In this document: positions 30,383 through 40,017 of the stretch, in pieces | Numbering within the stretch: position 1 is the first letter of the stretch | Layout: the number at the start of each line of letters is the position of its first letter | NCBI GenBank assembly: GCA_037443365.1 | Contig: JBBIOM010000010.1 | Span: forward strand, 1-54,574 | Direction: 5' to 3' | DNA: 54,574 nt | Source of the DNA: Armatimonadota bacterium | GTDB taxonomy: Bacteria > Sysuimicrobiota > Sysuimicrobiia > Sysuimicrobiales > Humicultoraceae | Notes under the pieces: model-generated | The model's input: only the letters and a program-made list of their open reading frames with translations | What the model was told of the DNA's origin: nothing | Database searches by the model: none | Translations under genes and position numbers: made by a program

Positions 30383-32923
30383 TCAGCACTTGGCGTACCC
30401 GCACTGCCGGCAGGTTGCGCAGCCGTTCTCGCGGATCAGGGACGCCCCACAGTCAGGGCAGACGCCGGCGAAACCCGGCGCGGCGGATCGCACGAGCGGC
30501 CGGTCACCCTCATGACGGGCGTGCTCTCCTCCGCCGTTGCCCGCCAGCACCGGGGCCAGCACCGGGTGCACCGGGGGCTCGGGCACGACCGGCGGGGGGG
30601 CAAACCGAAGCATCTCCTGCCTGACCCGGGGGCCCGGCTCCGGCAGCACGTCGGCCCGCGGGAAGACCTTGTCCGGCCGGAACCCGTCGCCGTAGAGCGC
30701 CCTGCCCAGCGCAAGCGCCACGGCCTGCGCTATCGTCGAGACGCGCACCACGGTGCCGTCCGCGGACCGGTCAAACGCCACCTCGGTGCTCTGCACCCGC
30801 CAGAGCTGCTCGATCACCTCCCTGGCGTCGATCCCTCCGCGCAGCGCGAGCGAGGCCATGCGGCCTATCCCCTCTGCCTCGACATCGAGCGAGTGCACGA
30901 ACACCTCGCAGACGCCAAGTTCGTCCTCGTTGATCACGACGTAGATGCGACCCCGCGGGGTCTCGATGCGCTCGGTCCGCCCCGAGGTCACCTTGGGCCT
31001 TGCGCGGGGCGCGGGGCGCGGCGTCGAGGCCGGAGCCGCCGCTGCCGCGGGCGCTCCCTGCGCGGCGGGCGCTCCTTGCGCGGCTACCTCTCCTTCCGCG
31101 GGCTGGCCCTTGGCCTGGCTCTCGGTCATCAGGATGCCGTCACGGCTTCCCTCGCGGTATACCGTGATGCCCTTACAGCCCGCCTTCCAGGCCAGGAAGT
31201 AGATCCTCTCGACATCCTCGTGCGTCGCGTCGGACGGCAGGTTGACCGTGGATGATATCGCGTGGTCGATGTGGCGCTGAATTGTCGCCTGCATGCGGAC
31301 GCGCATCTCGGGCCGGATCTGGTGCGCGGTAACGAAGTACTCGGGCAGGTCGCTCTGATGCTCGAGCCCGAAGCGGAGCATGAACTCCCGGACCAGCGGG
31401 TGGTAGACGGTGAAGTACTCCTGTGAGAGCGACTCGGAGCGCCGAACGTACGACAGGTCGAACATGGGCTCGATGCCGCTGGTCACGCCCGCCAGCACGG
31501 CCCCGCTGCCCACCGGGGGAACGGTCAGCAGCGCCACGTTGCGCAGGCCGTGTCGGTGGATTCGCTCCTGCACCTTGGGACACAGTGTCTGGATGAACGC
31601 CTGGCCCAAGTGCGACCGCGCGTCGTACCCGGGAAACTGGCCCTTCTCGATCGCCAGGTTGACCGACTCGTCGTAGACGATGTTCTTGATGCGGTCGAAG
31701 AGCCCGTCCGCGAAGGCGATGGCGGGATCGGAGTCATACCTCAAACGCATCATGGCGAGCATGTCGCCCAGCCCGGTGAAGCCGACGCCGATGCGGCGCG
31801 AGAAGAGACTGGCTTCGCGGTGCTCGGGCAAAGGGTGCTTGTCGGCGTTGTAATCGAGCACATCGTCCAGGAAGCGCACGGCGTACCGCAGCGCCCGCTC
31901 CAGGTTCTCCCAGTCCACGCGCGCCGACGAGGCGAACTCGTCGCGCACGAAGCGCGCGAGGTTCAGGTTGCCCAGGCAGCAGTTGCCGTACGGCTCCAGG
32001 GGGATCTCGGAGCACGGGTTCGTCGTGATCACGCCCATGCCGTTGTACTCGGACGTACTCCAGCGCTTGATCGCGTCCCAGAAGATCACGCCCGGCTCCG
32101 CGAAATCGCGGGCGCCGCTGACGAGGTCCTGCCACGCCTCGCGGGCCTTGACGGTCCGCCGCATCGTGGCGCGCTCGTTCTCGAACACCAAATCGTAGGT
32201 ACCGTCCTCCTCTACCGCGCGCATGAACGCGTCCGAGATCCTGACGCTGAGGTTGGCGTACCTGATCTTGTCCAGGTTGCGCTTCACCCTGATGAAGTCC
32301 AGCACGTCGGGGTGGTTGTCGGCGACGGTGATCATCAGCGCCCCGCGCCTTCCCGACTGCCCGATCGTGCCGGTCGTCAGCGAGAAGAGTTCCATGAACG
32401 ACACGGATCCGGTGCTGCTGCGGGCCGCGTTGTTCACCGGTGCCCCGCGGGGCCGCAGCACGGATATGTCGGTCCCCACGCCTCCGCCCAGGCTGTAGGT
32501 ACGGGCCGCCTGCTTCATCCAGTCAAAGATGGACTCGATCGAGTCCTCCTTCACGGGGATGACGTAGCAGTTCAGCGCGGTGACCCGCCGTGAGTTGCCC
32601 GCCGCGTGCATGATCCGGCCCCCGGGCACGAAGCGGAACTCGCCCAGCAGCCAGCAGAAGTTCTCCGTCCACTCCGCCCTGCGATCCGCCAGTTCGGCCG
32701 ATGCTATCTCGCGCGCGACGCGGCACCACATCTGGTCAGGGGTGCGCTCCACGACTCCTCCATCGGCGTCCCGCAGGGCGTACTTGTCGTGGAACACGCG
32801 GGCGCGGAGATCGTCACCCCCAAAGGCGGCGAGCGTATCGGTCGGGATTTCGGGAGAAGACGTACATGGGACGTCGCCGGGCCTGGCCAGGGGCTGGGTC
32901 GAAGAGGACGATGCGTCTTCCAT
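30383..32923 (-). CDS. nrdJ: Adenosylcobalamin-dependent (class II) ribonucleotide reductase
   Basis: PGGRI, NCYV, GGGVG, RRGA, TNPCSEIPL, RRIGVG, TSGIEP, CKGITVYR; C-terminal TSCPD-like domain and Cys-rich tail; no nrdB nearby. Confidence 0.92.
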   Translation of the reverse strand: MEDASSSSTQPLARPGDVPCTSSPEIPTDTLAAFGGDDLRARVFHDKYALRDADGGVVERTPDQMWCRVAREIASAELADRRAEWTENFCWLLGEFRFVPGGRIMHAAGNSRRVTALNCYVIPVKEDSIESIFDWMKQAARTYSLGGGVGTDISVLRPRGAPVNNAARSSTGSVSFMELFSLTTGTIGQSGRRGALMITVADNHPDVLDFIRVKRNLDKIRYANLSVRISDAFMRAVEEDGTYDLVFENERATMRRTVKAREAWQDLVSGARDFAEPGVIFWDAIKRWSTSEYNGMGVITTNPCSEIPLEPYGNCCLGNLNLARFVRDEFASSARVDWENLERALRYAVRFLDDVLDYNADKHPLPEHREASLFSRRIGVGFTGLGDMLAMMRLRYDSDPAIAFADGLFDRIKNIVYDESVNLAIEKGQFPGYDARSHLGQAFIQTLCPKVQERIHRHGLRNVALLTVPPVGSGAVLAGVTSGIEPMFDLSYVRRSESLSQEYFTVYHPLVREFMLRFGLEHQSDLPEYFVTAHQIRPEMRVRMQATIQRHIDHAISSTVNLPSDATHEDVERIYFLAWKAGCKGITVYREGSRDGILMTESQAKGQPAEGEVAAQGAPAAQGAPAAAAAPASTPRPAPRARPKVTSGRTERIETPRGRIYVVINEDELGVCEVFVHSLDVEAEGIGRMASLALRGGIDAREVIEQLWRVQSTEVAFDRSADGTVVRVSTIAQAVALALGRALYGDGFRPDKVFPRADVLPEPGPRVRQEMLRFAPPPVVPEPPVHPVLAPVLAGNGGGEHARHEGDRPLVRSAAPGFAGVCPDCGASLIRENGCATCRQCGYAKC

Positions 32924-32950
32924 GCAGGTCACCCCCGGAGGGTCGTGGTG

Positions 32951-33472
32951 TCATCGAGTGGAATGTGTGTCGGTGAGCGATATCAGGGGAACCTGATCGC
33001 GTAGGGCGTCTTCCCGGCGCTTGCGTTCCTTGAGGGTCTCTATCTCCTCGGCAATCGAGTCCACGTCGCGAAACCGCCGGTACTCGGAGGCGAACCGGAC
33101 GTAGGCGACGTCGTCGAGCCGGCGCAGGCGTTCCATCACCAGATCACCTATGGCCGCGGAGGTCACCTCGGCACCCCCGGACTGACGGACCTCGCGCTCC
33201 ACGTCATCCGAGAGCGCTTCCATGGCTTCCACAGAGACGGGCCGTTTCCCGCAGGCGCGCACGATGCCCCCGAGCACCTTGGACCTGTCAAAGGGCTCGC
33301 GCCGGCCGTCGCGTTTCACAACCATGAGCAGGGACAAGTCGGCGCGCTCGTACGTCGTGAACCTCCTGCCGCAGCCCAGACACTCCCGCCTCCGGCGTAT
33401 GGATCTCCCCTCCTGCATCGGGCGGGAGTCCAGGACCTTGCTGTCTTCGTGGCCGCAGAGCGGGCAGCGCAT
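32951..33472 (-). CDS. nrdR: Transcriptional repressor NrdR
   Basis: MRCPLC..KVLDSR..IRRRREC..C..RFTTYE, ATP cone, [10 protein letters not shown]. Confidence 0.97.
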   Translation of the reverse strand: MRCPLCGHEDSKVLDSRPMQEGRSIRRRRECLGCGRRFTTYERADLSLLMVVKRDGRREPFDRSKVLGGIVRACGKRPVSVEAMEALSDDVEREVRQSGGAEVTSAAIGDLVMERLRRLDDVAYVRFASEYRRFRDVDSIAEEIETLKERKRREDALRDQVPLISLTDTHSTR

Positions 33473-33476
33473 TACG

Positions 33477-33528
33477 GCACCACCAGTAGAGGCAGCGTGA
33501 TTCTAGAATCCCACATCTAGCGTGTCAA
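33477..33528 (-). promoter_or_regulatory. sigmaA promoter of nrdR-nrdJ with tandem NrdR boxes
   Basis: TTGACA(33528-33523)-17-TAGAAT(33505-33500); NrdR-like box atcCcAcATcTAGcgt (33508-33523) and a weaker box gcaCcAccagTAGagg (33477-33492), 31 bp apart. Confidence 0.85.
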
Positions 33529-33600
33529 TACCCGGGGCAGCCGCCTTGCTCACGCGCACTCTGCCAGGCGCGTTCGCACTCGCTCGGGGTTGTTCGCTCT

Positions 33601-34812
33601 TCAAATCCGCCTTCCCGGAGCGGCCAGGGCAAGGGTCCCCAGCCAGAGGACCGGCAGGCTCAGGGCGGCCAGCGAGACGGCCGTCCAGGCCAGGTCAGAG
33701 GCGGACGCGGCGCCGGCCAGGATGCCCCTGGAGACCACCACGGCGTTCACCACGGGCACGCACACCACCCAGGGGTCGGCGACCCACTCTCCGGCGAAGG
33801 GAATCAGCATGGTGGGCAGCGCAACGGCCATGTAGAGCGCTGTAAACCCCTGCTGGGCCTCGCGCAGCGACCTCGCGCGCAGGCTGAGCCAGAGCTGGCA
33901 CGCCGACAGGAACCCCCCCAGCGCGACTGCCACGAGCAGGAGCCGAAGGGCGGTCCCGGGCGAGAGGGAGACGTCAACCGGGCCGGCTGCGAGCAGGCCG
34001 GCGCCGTACCTGAGCGCGGCTACGCCCGCCGCCAGCATGAGGCCCACCGCCAGGACAGCGGGCGCCAGCACGGCCAGGAACTTGCCGGCGACAATCGCCG
34101 ACCGCGGTGCCGGCGCGGTCAGGAGCGCGTCCAGGCTGCCTCGCTCCCGCTCCCCGGCGCCCACGTCGAGGGCGGCGTACTGCCCGCCGAGCAGCAACCA
34201 CACGGCCAGGAAGAACGGCAGGGCCGCGGCCAGCAGCGCGCCTCCCATCCGCTGCGGCGAGGCCGCGTTTCGCGGTTCGACCACAAGCGGCGCCGCCGGG
34301 TGGACATCCCCGGCGCGCGCGGCCCCCCCTGGATTGCGCAGCACGAGCAGCGCCGCTATCTGGGTGACGCGCTGGAGTGCGGCGCGCGAAGCGGGTCTGG
34401 ACTCGTCGTACAGCGCGATCACGACCCGGGGGCCGGCAGGGGCCTGCGCGCTGTCTGCCAGGACCACCTCTATCTCACCCCGGAGCAGCGCGGCCTCGGG
34501 TTCGGACGCAGCGACCAGGCGGAAGGCGCCCTCGCCGGAGCCCATCACGGCCAGGCCGGTGGCGTGCTCACCCTTCACGGCGACGCGCACCGGCCGCACG
34601 CGCAGGGCCTCCTGCTGGCGCGCCGCCAGAACCGGCATCACCAGCACCACGAGGGGCATGGTCAGCACCGGCAGCAGGACGGCGGCAACCACGGTCCGCC
34701 GGTCGCGCAGCGTCTCGGCCGCCTCCTTCCGGAAGACGGACAGCGCCGCGCGCCGCCAGGCGCCGGGGCGTGCGGCCGAAGGTCGAGTGGGCGGATCGGC
34801 GCGTAGGTCCAC
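33601..34812 (-). CDS. ABC-2 type permease (NatB-like)
   Basis: FRKE..ETLRDRRT, GERERGSLDALLTAP, IVAGKFLA, ARSLREAQ. Start uncertain. Confidence 0.8.
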   Translation of the reverse strand: MDLRADPPTRPSAARPGAWRRAALSVFRKEAAETLRDRRTVVAAVLLPVLTMPLVVLVMPVLAARQQEALRVRPVRVAVKGEHATGLAVMGSGEGAFRLVAASEPEAALLRGEIEVVLADSAQAPAGPRVVIALYDESRPASRAALQRVTQIAALLVLRNPGGAARAGDVHPAAPLVVEPRNAASPQRMGGALLAAALPFFLAVWLLLGGQYAALDVGAGERERGSLDALLTAPAPRSAIVAGKFLAVLAPAVLAVGLMLAAGVAALRYGAGLLAAGPVDVSLSPGTALRLLLVAVALGGFLSACQLWLSLRARSLREAQQGFTALYMAVALPTMLIPFAGEWVADPWVVCVPVVNAVVVSRGILAGAASASDLAWTAVSLAALSLPVLWLGTLALAAPGRRI

Positions 34813-34819
34813 GCGAGCA

Positions 34820-35911
34820 CTAGAAGGGTGGCGGGAAGACGACGGCGCACAGCAGGAAGACGACGACGAGGGTCGCTCCCACCAGCCGGCGCGAGGGGCC
34901 AAGCGGGGACAGGTCGTCGAGCGGTCCGACGTGTCCCCTGCGCATCAGAAGCGCTATGAGTATCGCCATGGGGTAGAAGCCCATGAGCACGGCGATGCCC
35001 ACGCCCGCGTACGAGAGCAGGGCGTGAGCGCGCGCGCCAAACGCCGCACGCACCGCGTGTCCTCCGTCGAGCATCCCGGCTGGAAGCAGGTTGATGCTGG
35101 TCACGACAAGCCCTATCCAGCCAGCGAACAGCACGGGGTGCCCCAGCACCGTGTGCCCGGCCGGTGGATCGAGCACGAGGCGGATCATGCCCTTGATCAG
35201 CAGCGGGTCGGGAATGGAGACGGCCGGACCGAGATGCTCCGGGAGCACGACGAACGATCGGCTGACGCCGTAGAGCAGCACAGGGATGGCGACCAGGAAC
35301 CCGGCTATTGGGCCCGAGGCACCCAGGTCCATCAGGCTGTCCCTGTTCGGGGCCGGGGTGCGCGTCACGATCACGGCACCCATCGTGCCTATCGGGGGAG
35401 CCATGGGCAGGAAGTAGGGCATGCTGGCGTCAATGCCGCGCCGGATCGCCACGAGTTTGTGCCCCATCTCGTGGGCTCCCAGGATCGCCAGGACGGATAG
35501 CGAGAACGCGGCCCCTCCTGCCACCGCGCTGTCAAGGAAGCCGGCCTTGACGAGGGCTTCCGACTGCAGGTAGCCGGCGTAGAAGGTCGCGGCGACGGTG
35601 GCGAGCAGAAGCAGGAGGTTCGTCTGCCAGCCCCACCGCCCGGGCGGAGGAGTGGGCACAAGCACCAGGACCGGGCGGCCGGCCTGCGCGCGCAGCATGG
35701 GGGTCAGCCCCAGCGGCGCCAGACGGCTTCGCAGCGCCATGAACGATTCAGCGAGTCCTGCTGCGCCTGGGAGCTGGTATAGCGGCTGCGGTCCCTCGAC
35801 AGGGGCTGCCCCGGGCAGGAGCGCCTCTATGTGCGGCCGGGCGGCATCGAGCCGCGCCGCCAGATCGGCTGGCTCCTGCGGCAGCGCCCCCGGCGGGCGG
35901 TCTCGTCCCAC
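34820..35911 (-). CDS. Site-2 protease (M50) family membrane metalloprotease
   Basis: HEMGH, PYFLP..IGTMGA, SGPIAG, NLLPAGMLDGGH. Confidence 0.9.
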   Translation of the reverse strand: MGRDRPPGALPQEPADLAARLDAARPHIEALLPGAAPVEGPQPLYQLPGAAGLAESFMALRSRLAPLGLTPMLRAQAGRPVLVLVPTPPPGRWGWQTNLLLLLATVAATFYAGYLQSEALVKAGFLDSAVAGGAAFSLSVLAILGAHEMGHKLVAIRRGIDASMPYFLPMAPPIGTMGAVIVTRTPAPNRDSLMDLGASGPIAGFLVAIPVLLYGVSRSFVVLPEHLGPAVSIPDPLLIKGMIRLVLDPPAGHTVLGHPVLFAGWIGLVVTSINLLPAGMLDGGHAVRAAFGARAHALLSYAGVGIAVLMGFYPMAILIALLMRRGHVGPLDDLSPLGPSRRLVGATLVVVFLLCAVVFPPPF

Positions 35912-35923
35912 GCGGGGGCTGTC

Positions 35924-36979
35924 CTACCGTTTCCGAAGGAACGCCGGGATGTCGAGGTCGTCAATCAGGCGGACCGGCTCCCTGCTCCGGTCGTCCTGCG
36001 CTGACTCCATCACCTCGCTCCGGCGCGCCGCCTCGAACCCGGTGGCTATTACCGTAATGCGGACCTCGTCGCGCGCCTTCTCGTCTATCACCGCGCCGAA
36101 GAAGATGTTGGCGTCCGCATCGGCCGCGTCGCGCACGATCTGGGCGGCCTCGCTCACCTCGAGCAGGCCCAGGTCCAGGCCGCCGGTGACGTTGATGAGC
36201 ACCCCGCGCGCGCCGTCCATCGAGGTCTCAAGAAGTGGGCTGTTGATCGCGGCCTGCGCCGCGCGGGTGGCCCGATCCTCGCCCGTTGCGACCCCGATCC
36301 CGATGAGCGCGCTTCCGGCCTCGGTCATGACTGTGCGAACGTCCGCGAAGTCGAGGTTGATAAGTCCGGGGATCGTGATGAGATCGGCGATCCCCTGCAC
36401 ACCCTGGCGCAGCACGTCGTCGGCCGTCCGAAACGCCTCCACAACCGTGGCCTGCCGGTCGATGATCTGGAGGAGCCGGTCGTTGGGTATGGTTATCAGG
36501 GTGTTGACCTTCTGCTTGAGCGTGCGGACCCCTTCGTCGGCCGTGGCCGCGCGCCTCTTGCCCTCGAACCCGAACGGGCGCGTCACGACGCCCACGGTGA
36601 GCGACCCCAGGTCGCGCGCCACCTCGGCGATCACCGGCGCGCCCCCGGTCCCGGTGCCGCCGCCCATGCCCGCGGTTATGAACACCATGTCGGCCCCGGA
36701 TAGGGCCTCGCGCAGATCCTCCCTGCTCTCCTCGGCGGCCTGGCGGCCTATCGCGGGGTCGCCGCCTGCTCCCAGGCCCTTCGTGGTCTTCGCTCCGACG
36801 TGTATCTTCTTGTCCGCGGAGGACAGGGCCAGCGCCTGGACATCGGTGTTGACCGCGATGAACTCCACCCCGCGCAGCCCTGCGGAGACCATGCGGTTCA
36901 CGGCGTTGTTGCCCCCGCCTCCCATCCCGATGACCTTTATCGCAGCATACCGTCGAAGGTCGCGCTCCGTCTTGGCCAT
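35924..36979 (-). CDS. ftsZ: Cell division protein FtsZ
   Basis: [22 protein letters not shown]-terminal LDIPAFLR. Confidence 0.98.
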   Translation of the reverse strand: MAKTERDLRRYAAIKVIGMGGGGNNAVNRMVSAGLRGVEFIAVNTDVQALALSSADKKIHVGAKTTKGLGAGGDPAIGRQAAEESREDLREALSGADMVFITAGMGGGTGTGGAPVIAEVARDLGSLTVGVVTRPFGFEGKRRAATADEGVRTLKQKVNTLITIPNDRLLQIIDRQATVVEAFRTADDVLRQGVQGIADLITIPGLINLDFADVRTVMTEAGSALIGIGVATGEDRATRAAQAAINSPLLETSMDGARGVLINVTGGLDLGLLEVSEAAQIVRDAADADANIFFGAVIDEKARDEVRITVIATGFEAARRSEVMESAQDDRSREPVRLIDDLDIPAFLRKR

Positions 36980-37020
36980 TACCGTTCCCCCCTGCGTCCG
37001 TGGTATGCCCGGCTCCTGCC

Positions 37021-38259
37021 TCATCCGCCCTGCAGCAGATCTCGAATCCATGCGCGCGCCCGATCCCAGAACGAGCCCGCGCCGTCGCGGCGGGTGGCGC
37101 CCGCCCGCGTGCGACTGCGCGCGCCGAACAGCGCGAGTCCGACGCCCGTGCTGAACGAAGGGGTGCGGACCGGCTCCACGAGACCGGCGATCTGGTCGGG
37201 CGCCCCCAGGCGGGCAGGAAGCCCGAGGCGTAGCTCGGCGTGCTGCACAAGCCCGTCGAGTTGGGCGGTCCCGCCGGTCAGCACGACGCCCGCCGGCACG
37301 CGGTGCGTGTAGCCGCTGCGGCGGACCTGCACCTGAACGAGGGCGAAGATCTCGTCCAGCCGCGGCTCTATGAACTCGGTCAGTATCCGGCGCGGCATGA
37401 CGCGAGGCTCACGCCCTCCCACGTTGAAGACCTCGATCATCTCGCCTTCCGACACGGCCGCGGGCGAGGCGGCGCCCCATCGAACCTTCAGCTTCTCGGC
37501 CTCGGCCATCGGCGTCCGCATTCCCACCGCGATGTCGTTGGTGATGTGGGCCCCGGCCACCGGGAGGATCGTCACGTGGCATAGGCCGCCGTTGGCGAAC
37601 ACCCCCATGCTCGTAGTGCCCCCGCCAATGTCCACCAGGACCGCTCCTATGTCGCGCTCCGAGGGCGTGAGCACGGCCTCGGCCGAGGCCAGCGGCTCCA
37701 GCACCATCTCCGCGACCTCCACGCGCGCCAGCTGCGCGGCCTTGGCCACGTTGGCCAGCGCCGTCGCGACGCCGGTGACGATGTGGGCCTCGACCTCCAG
37801 ACGCGTGCCGTACATCCCGACCGGACGCTTGACGCCTTCCTGTCCGTCCACGATGAAATCGCGCGGCAGAAGATGGATGATCTCGCGGTCGGACCCCGGT
37901 AGGGCCGCCATTCGAGCGGCGTCAATGACCCGCGCCACGTCCGCCTCGGAGATCTCGTGATCCCCGCGCGCCACGGCAACCACGCCCCGGCTGTCGGACG
38001 ACGCGATGTGCTCGCCGGATACGGCCACATAAGCCGCCGTGATGCGCTCCCCGGCCATGCGCTCGGCGCGATCGGTTGCTTCCTCGATCGCGCGCGCCGT
38101 GCTCTCGAGATCCACCACGACCCCGCGGCGCATGCCTGAACAGGGCACACTGCCGGCGCCGGCGATGTGGACATCGCCGTCCTCGTCCACCTCGCCGACA
38201 ACGGCGCACACCTTGGTCGAGCCAATATCCAGGCCCGCTACCGAGCCTCGGCGCGCCAT
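37021..38259 (-). CDS. ftsA: Cell division protein FtsA
   Basis: [23 protein letters not shown]-terminal amphipathic helix. Confidence 0.96.
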   Translation of the reverse strand: MARRGSVAGLDIGSTKVCAVVGEVDEDGDVHIAGAGSVPCSGMRRGVVVDLESTARAIEEATDRAERMAGERITAAYVAVSGEHIASSDSRGVVAVARGDHEISEADVARVIDAARMAALPGSDREIIHLLPRDFIVDGQEGVKRPVGMYGTRLEVEAHIVTGVATALANVAKAAQLARVEVAEMVLEPLASAEAVLTPSERDIGAVLVDIGGGTTSMGVFANGGLCHVTILPVAGAHITNDIAVGMRTPMAEAEKLKVRWGAASPAAVSEGEMIEVFNVGGREPRVMPRRILTEFIEPRLDEIFALVQVQVRRSGYTHRVPAGVVLTGGTAQLDGLVQHAELRLGLPARLGAPDQIAGLVEPVRTPSFSTGVGLALFGARSRTRAGATRRDGAGSFWDRARAWIRDLLQGG

Positions 38260-38310
38260 ACGCTACCCGTAGTGGTTCTTTCGTTTGTCTCGTCTATATC
38301 TTGTCCTGGC

Positions 38311-38337
38311 ATTCCACAACTATCGGGCATCTCCTGC
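38311..38337 (-). promoter_or_regulatory. sigmaH-like promoter upstream of ftsAZ
   Basis: GCAGGAGAT-11 nt-GTGGAAT, close to the B. subtilis sigmaH consensus. Confidence 0.7.
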
Positions 38338-39081
38338 TCCGAACGGCTTCACCACAACAGACCCGCCGTACCTCAGATCAAGCGACGCCGGCCTGATGCC
38401 CTTGGCCCGCAGGGCGGCCAGAACCTGGGGAACTTGGTTCAGGCGTTCCGATAGCCCTGCTGGGCCCCCGGCGCGGATCTCCACCCCGGCTCGCGTGACG
38501 AAGGTCAGGTCCAGGCCGTGCGCCACGACGATCCGCTTCAGGTCTCCTCCAAGTTGAGTCGAGGCGATGCCCAGGGCCGCCAGCGCGGCACGCAGTCCTT
38601 CCGAGGACACAACTTGACCCGGACGCGGCGGCGCGCCTGCCACCGTGCGATCCTCGATCTCGGGCAGGCCACTCGAATCCGGCGTGACCTCTACCACCAC
38701 GTGGTCGTCGGCCACCCTCGCGAACATGCCACCGGCGACCAGGGCTGCCACCGGACGGCGCTCCCTGATGCCAAGCACAACGGTCCCGGGCGGCCGCACG
38801 AGCACCTGCGCCTCCCTGATGCGGGGATCGGCGCAGAGGTCCTGGCGGACGGCGGCCGCGTCCACCGCGAAGAGGCGCTGCGCACGCGCGAGGCCGGAGA
38901 GCGCGACGACCTCGGCTGCGGAGAGCGTCTCGGCCCCGCGCACCTCGATGCGCCCAACCGTGAAGAGCGCCGACTGCGGAAACGCGGCCAAGGCCAGCAG
39001 CGCCGCCATCACCATCGCAAAGCGCGGCAGGGTTTCCCAGGAAGGTGGGTTCGCAGGCGTCGTGCGCTCGGTCGGCCTCAC
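38320..39081 (-). CDS. ftsQ: FtsQ/DivIB family protein
   Basis: TM helix, POTRA domain, ERRP, terminal DLRY; lies between murB and ftsA. Confidence 0.85.
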   Translation of the reverse strand: MRPTERTTPANPPSWETLPRFAMVMAALLALAAFPQSALFTVGRIEVRGAETLSAAEVVALSGLARAQRLFAVDAAAVRQDLCADPRIREAQVLVRPPGTVVLGIRERRPVAALVAGGMFARVADDHVVVEVTPDSSGLPEIEDRTVAGAPPRPGQVVSSEGLRAALAALGIASTQLGGDLKRIVVAHGLDLTFVTRAGVEIRAGGPAGLSERLNQVPQVLAALRAKGIRPASLDLRYGGSVVVKPFGAGDAR

Positions 39082-39096
39082 GACGGTGGGCCGGGC

Positions 39097-40017
39097 CTAG
39101 AACTCGCCCAGCATCTTGACCTCCGATTCCAGGGTCACTCCGAACCTCTCCTGCACGCGGGCGCGCACCTGCGCCGCGAGCGCCAGCACGTCGGCGGCGG
39201 TGGCCCCTCCCTCGTTGACGATGAAGTTGGCGTGGATCTCTGACACGCGGGCGCCGCCCACGGAGAGACCCTTTGCGCCCACGGCCTCTAGCAGCCGCCC
39301 CGCGTGGCCGCCGGGAGGATTCCGGAAGAAGCAGCCCGCGCACATGCGGCCGATCGGCTGCGTCTTGCTCCGCCGCTCCAGCCACCGCTCGAGGCGTGCC
39401 TGCGCGAGGGCCGGGGAATCCGGGCGCAGCGCCAGCGTGACCGAGGCCACGACCCACGGTTGCGCCTGGGCCGCCGTGCTCCGGTAGGCGAGGGCCATGG
39501 CCTCGGGCCCCACGCTTGCCGGGCCGTCGGGGGTCAGCAGATGGACCTGCGCCAGCACGTCCGCCATTGAGTGGCCGAAGGCGCCCGCGTTCATCACGAC
39601 GGCGCCGCCGACCGATCCTGGAATGCCGGCCGCGAACTCGAGCCCGGCGAGGCCGCGGCGCGCCGTGCGCAGAGCCAGGGCAGGGAGCCCGACCCCGGCC
39701 TGTGCGCTGACGATTGCGTCCTTGATGCGGACGCGGGACAAGCCCTTCCCGATCTTGACCACGACCCCGCGGATGCCCCGATCCCCGATCAGCACGTTGG
39801 AACCGTTGCCCAGGATCACGGGCCGGCATCCCTCCTCGAACAGCGCGCCGATGCCCGAGTGGAGCTCCTCTGGGCTCTTCGGGATCACCAGCAGGTCCGC
39901 CGGACCACCTATGCGGAACAACACGTGCCGCGACATAGGCTCGTCCCGGCGCACATCGCCGACGACCTCGCGCAGCCGGCGCTCCAAGCGGGAGAGCGAG
40001 GCAGGCGGGGTGCTCAT
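39097..40017 (-). CDS. murB: UDP-N-acetylenolpyruvoylglucosamine reductase
   Basis: FRIGGPAD, GNGSN, GIPGSVGGAVVMNAGA, HANFIVN. Start overlaps the murC stop. Confidence 0.93.
   Translation of the reverse strand: MSTPPASLSRLERRLREVVGDVRRDEPMSRHVLFRIGGPADLLVIPKSPEELHSGIGALFEEGCRPVILGNGSNVLIGDRGIRGVVVKIGKGLSRVRIKDAIVSAQAGVGLPALALRTARRGLAGLEFAAGIPGSVGGAVVMNAGAFGHSMADVLAQVHLLTPDGPASVGPEAMALAYRSTAAQAQPWVVASVTLALRPDSPALAQARLERWLERRSKTQPIGRMCAGCFFRNPPGGHAGRLLEAVGAKGLSVGGARVSEIHANFIVNEGGATAADVLALAAQVRARVQERFGVTLESEVKMLGEF

Noticed and set aside
31047-31085. 18-bp tandem repeat in nrdJ (AAQGAP x2)
   Set aside because: In-frame low-complexity linker duplication, not a CRISPR or mobile repeat.
30383-33600. 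Intein in NrdJ or cobalamin riboswitch upstream
   Set aside because: Catalytic motifs are contiguous with no intein-like insert, and no B12-box or room for a riboswitch was seen.
38320-40017. Absence of ddl between murB and ftsQ
   Set aside because: Normal in Firmicute-type dcw clusters.
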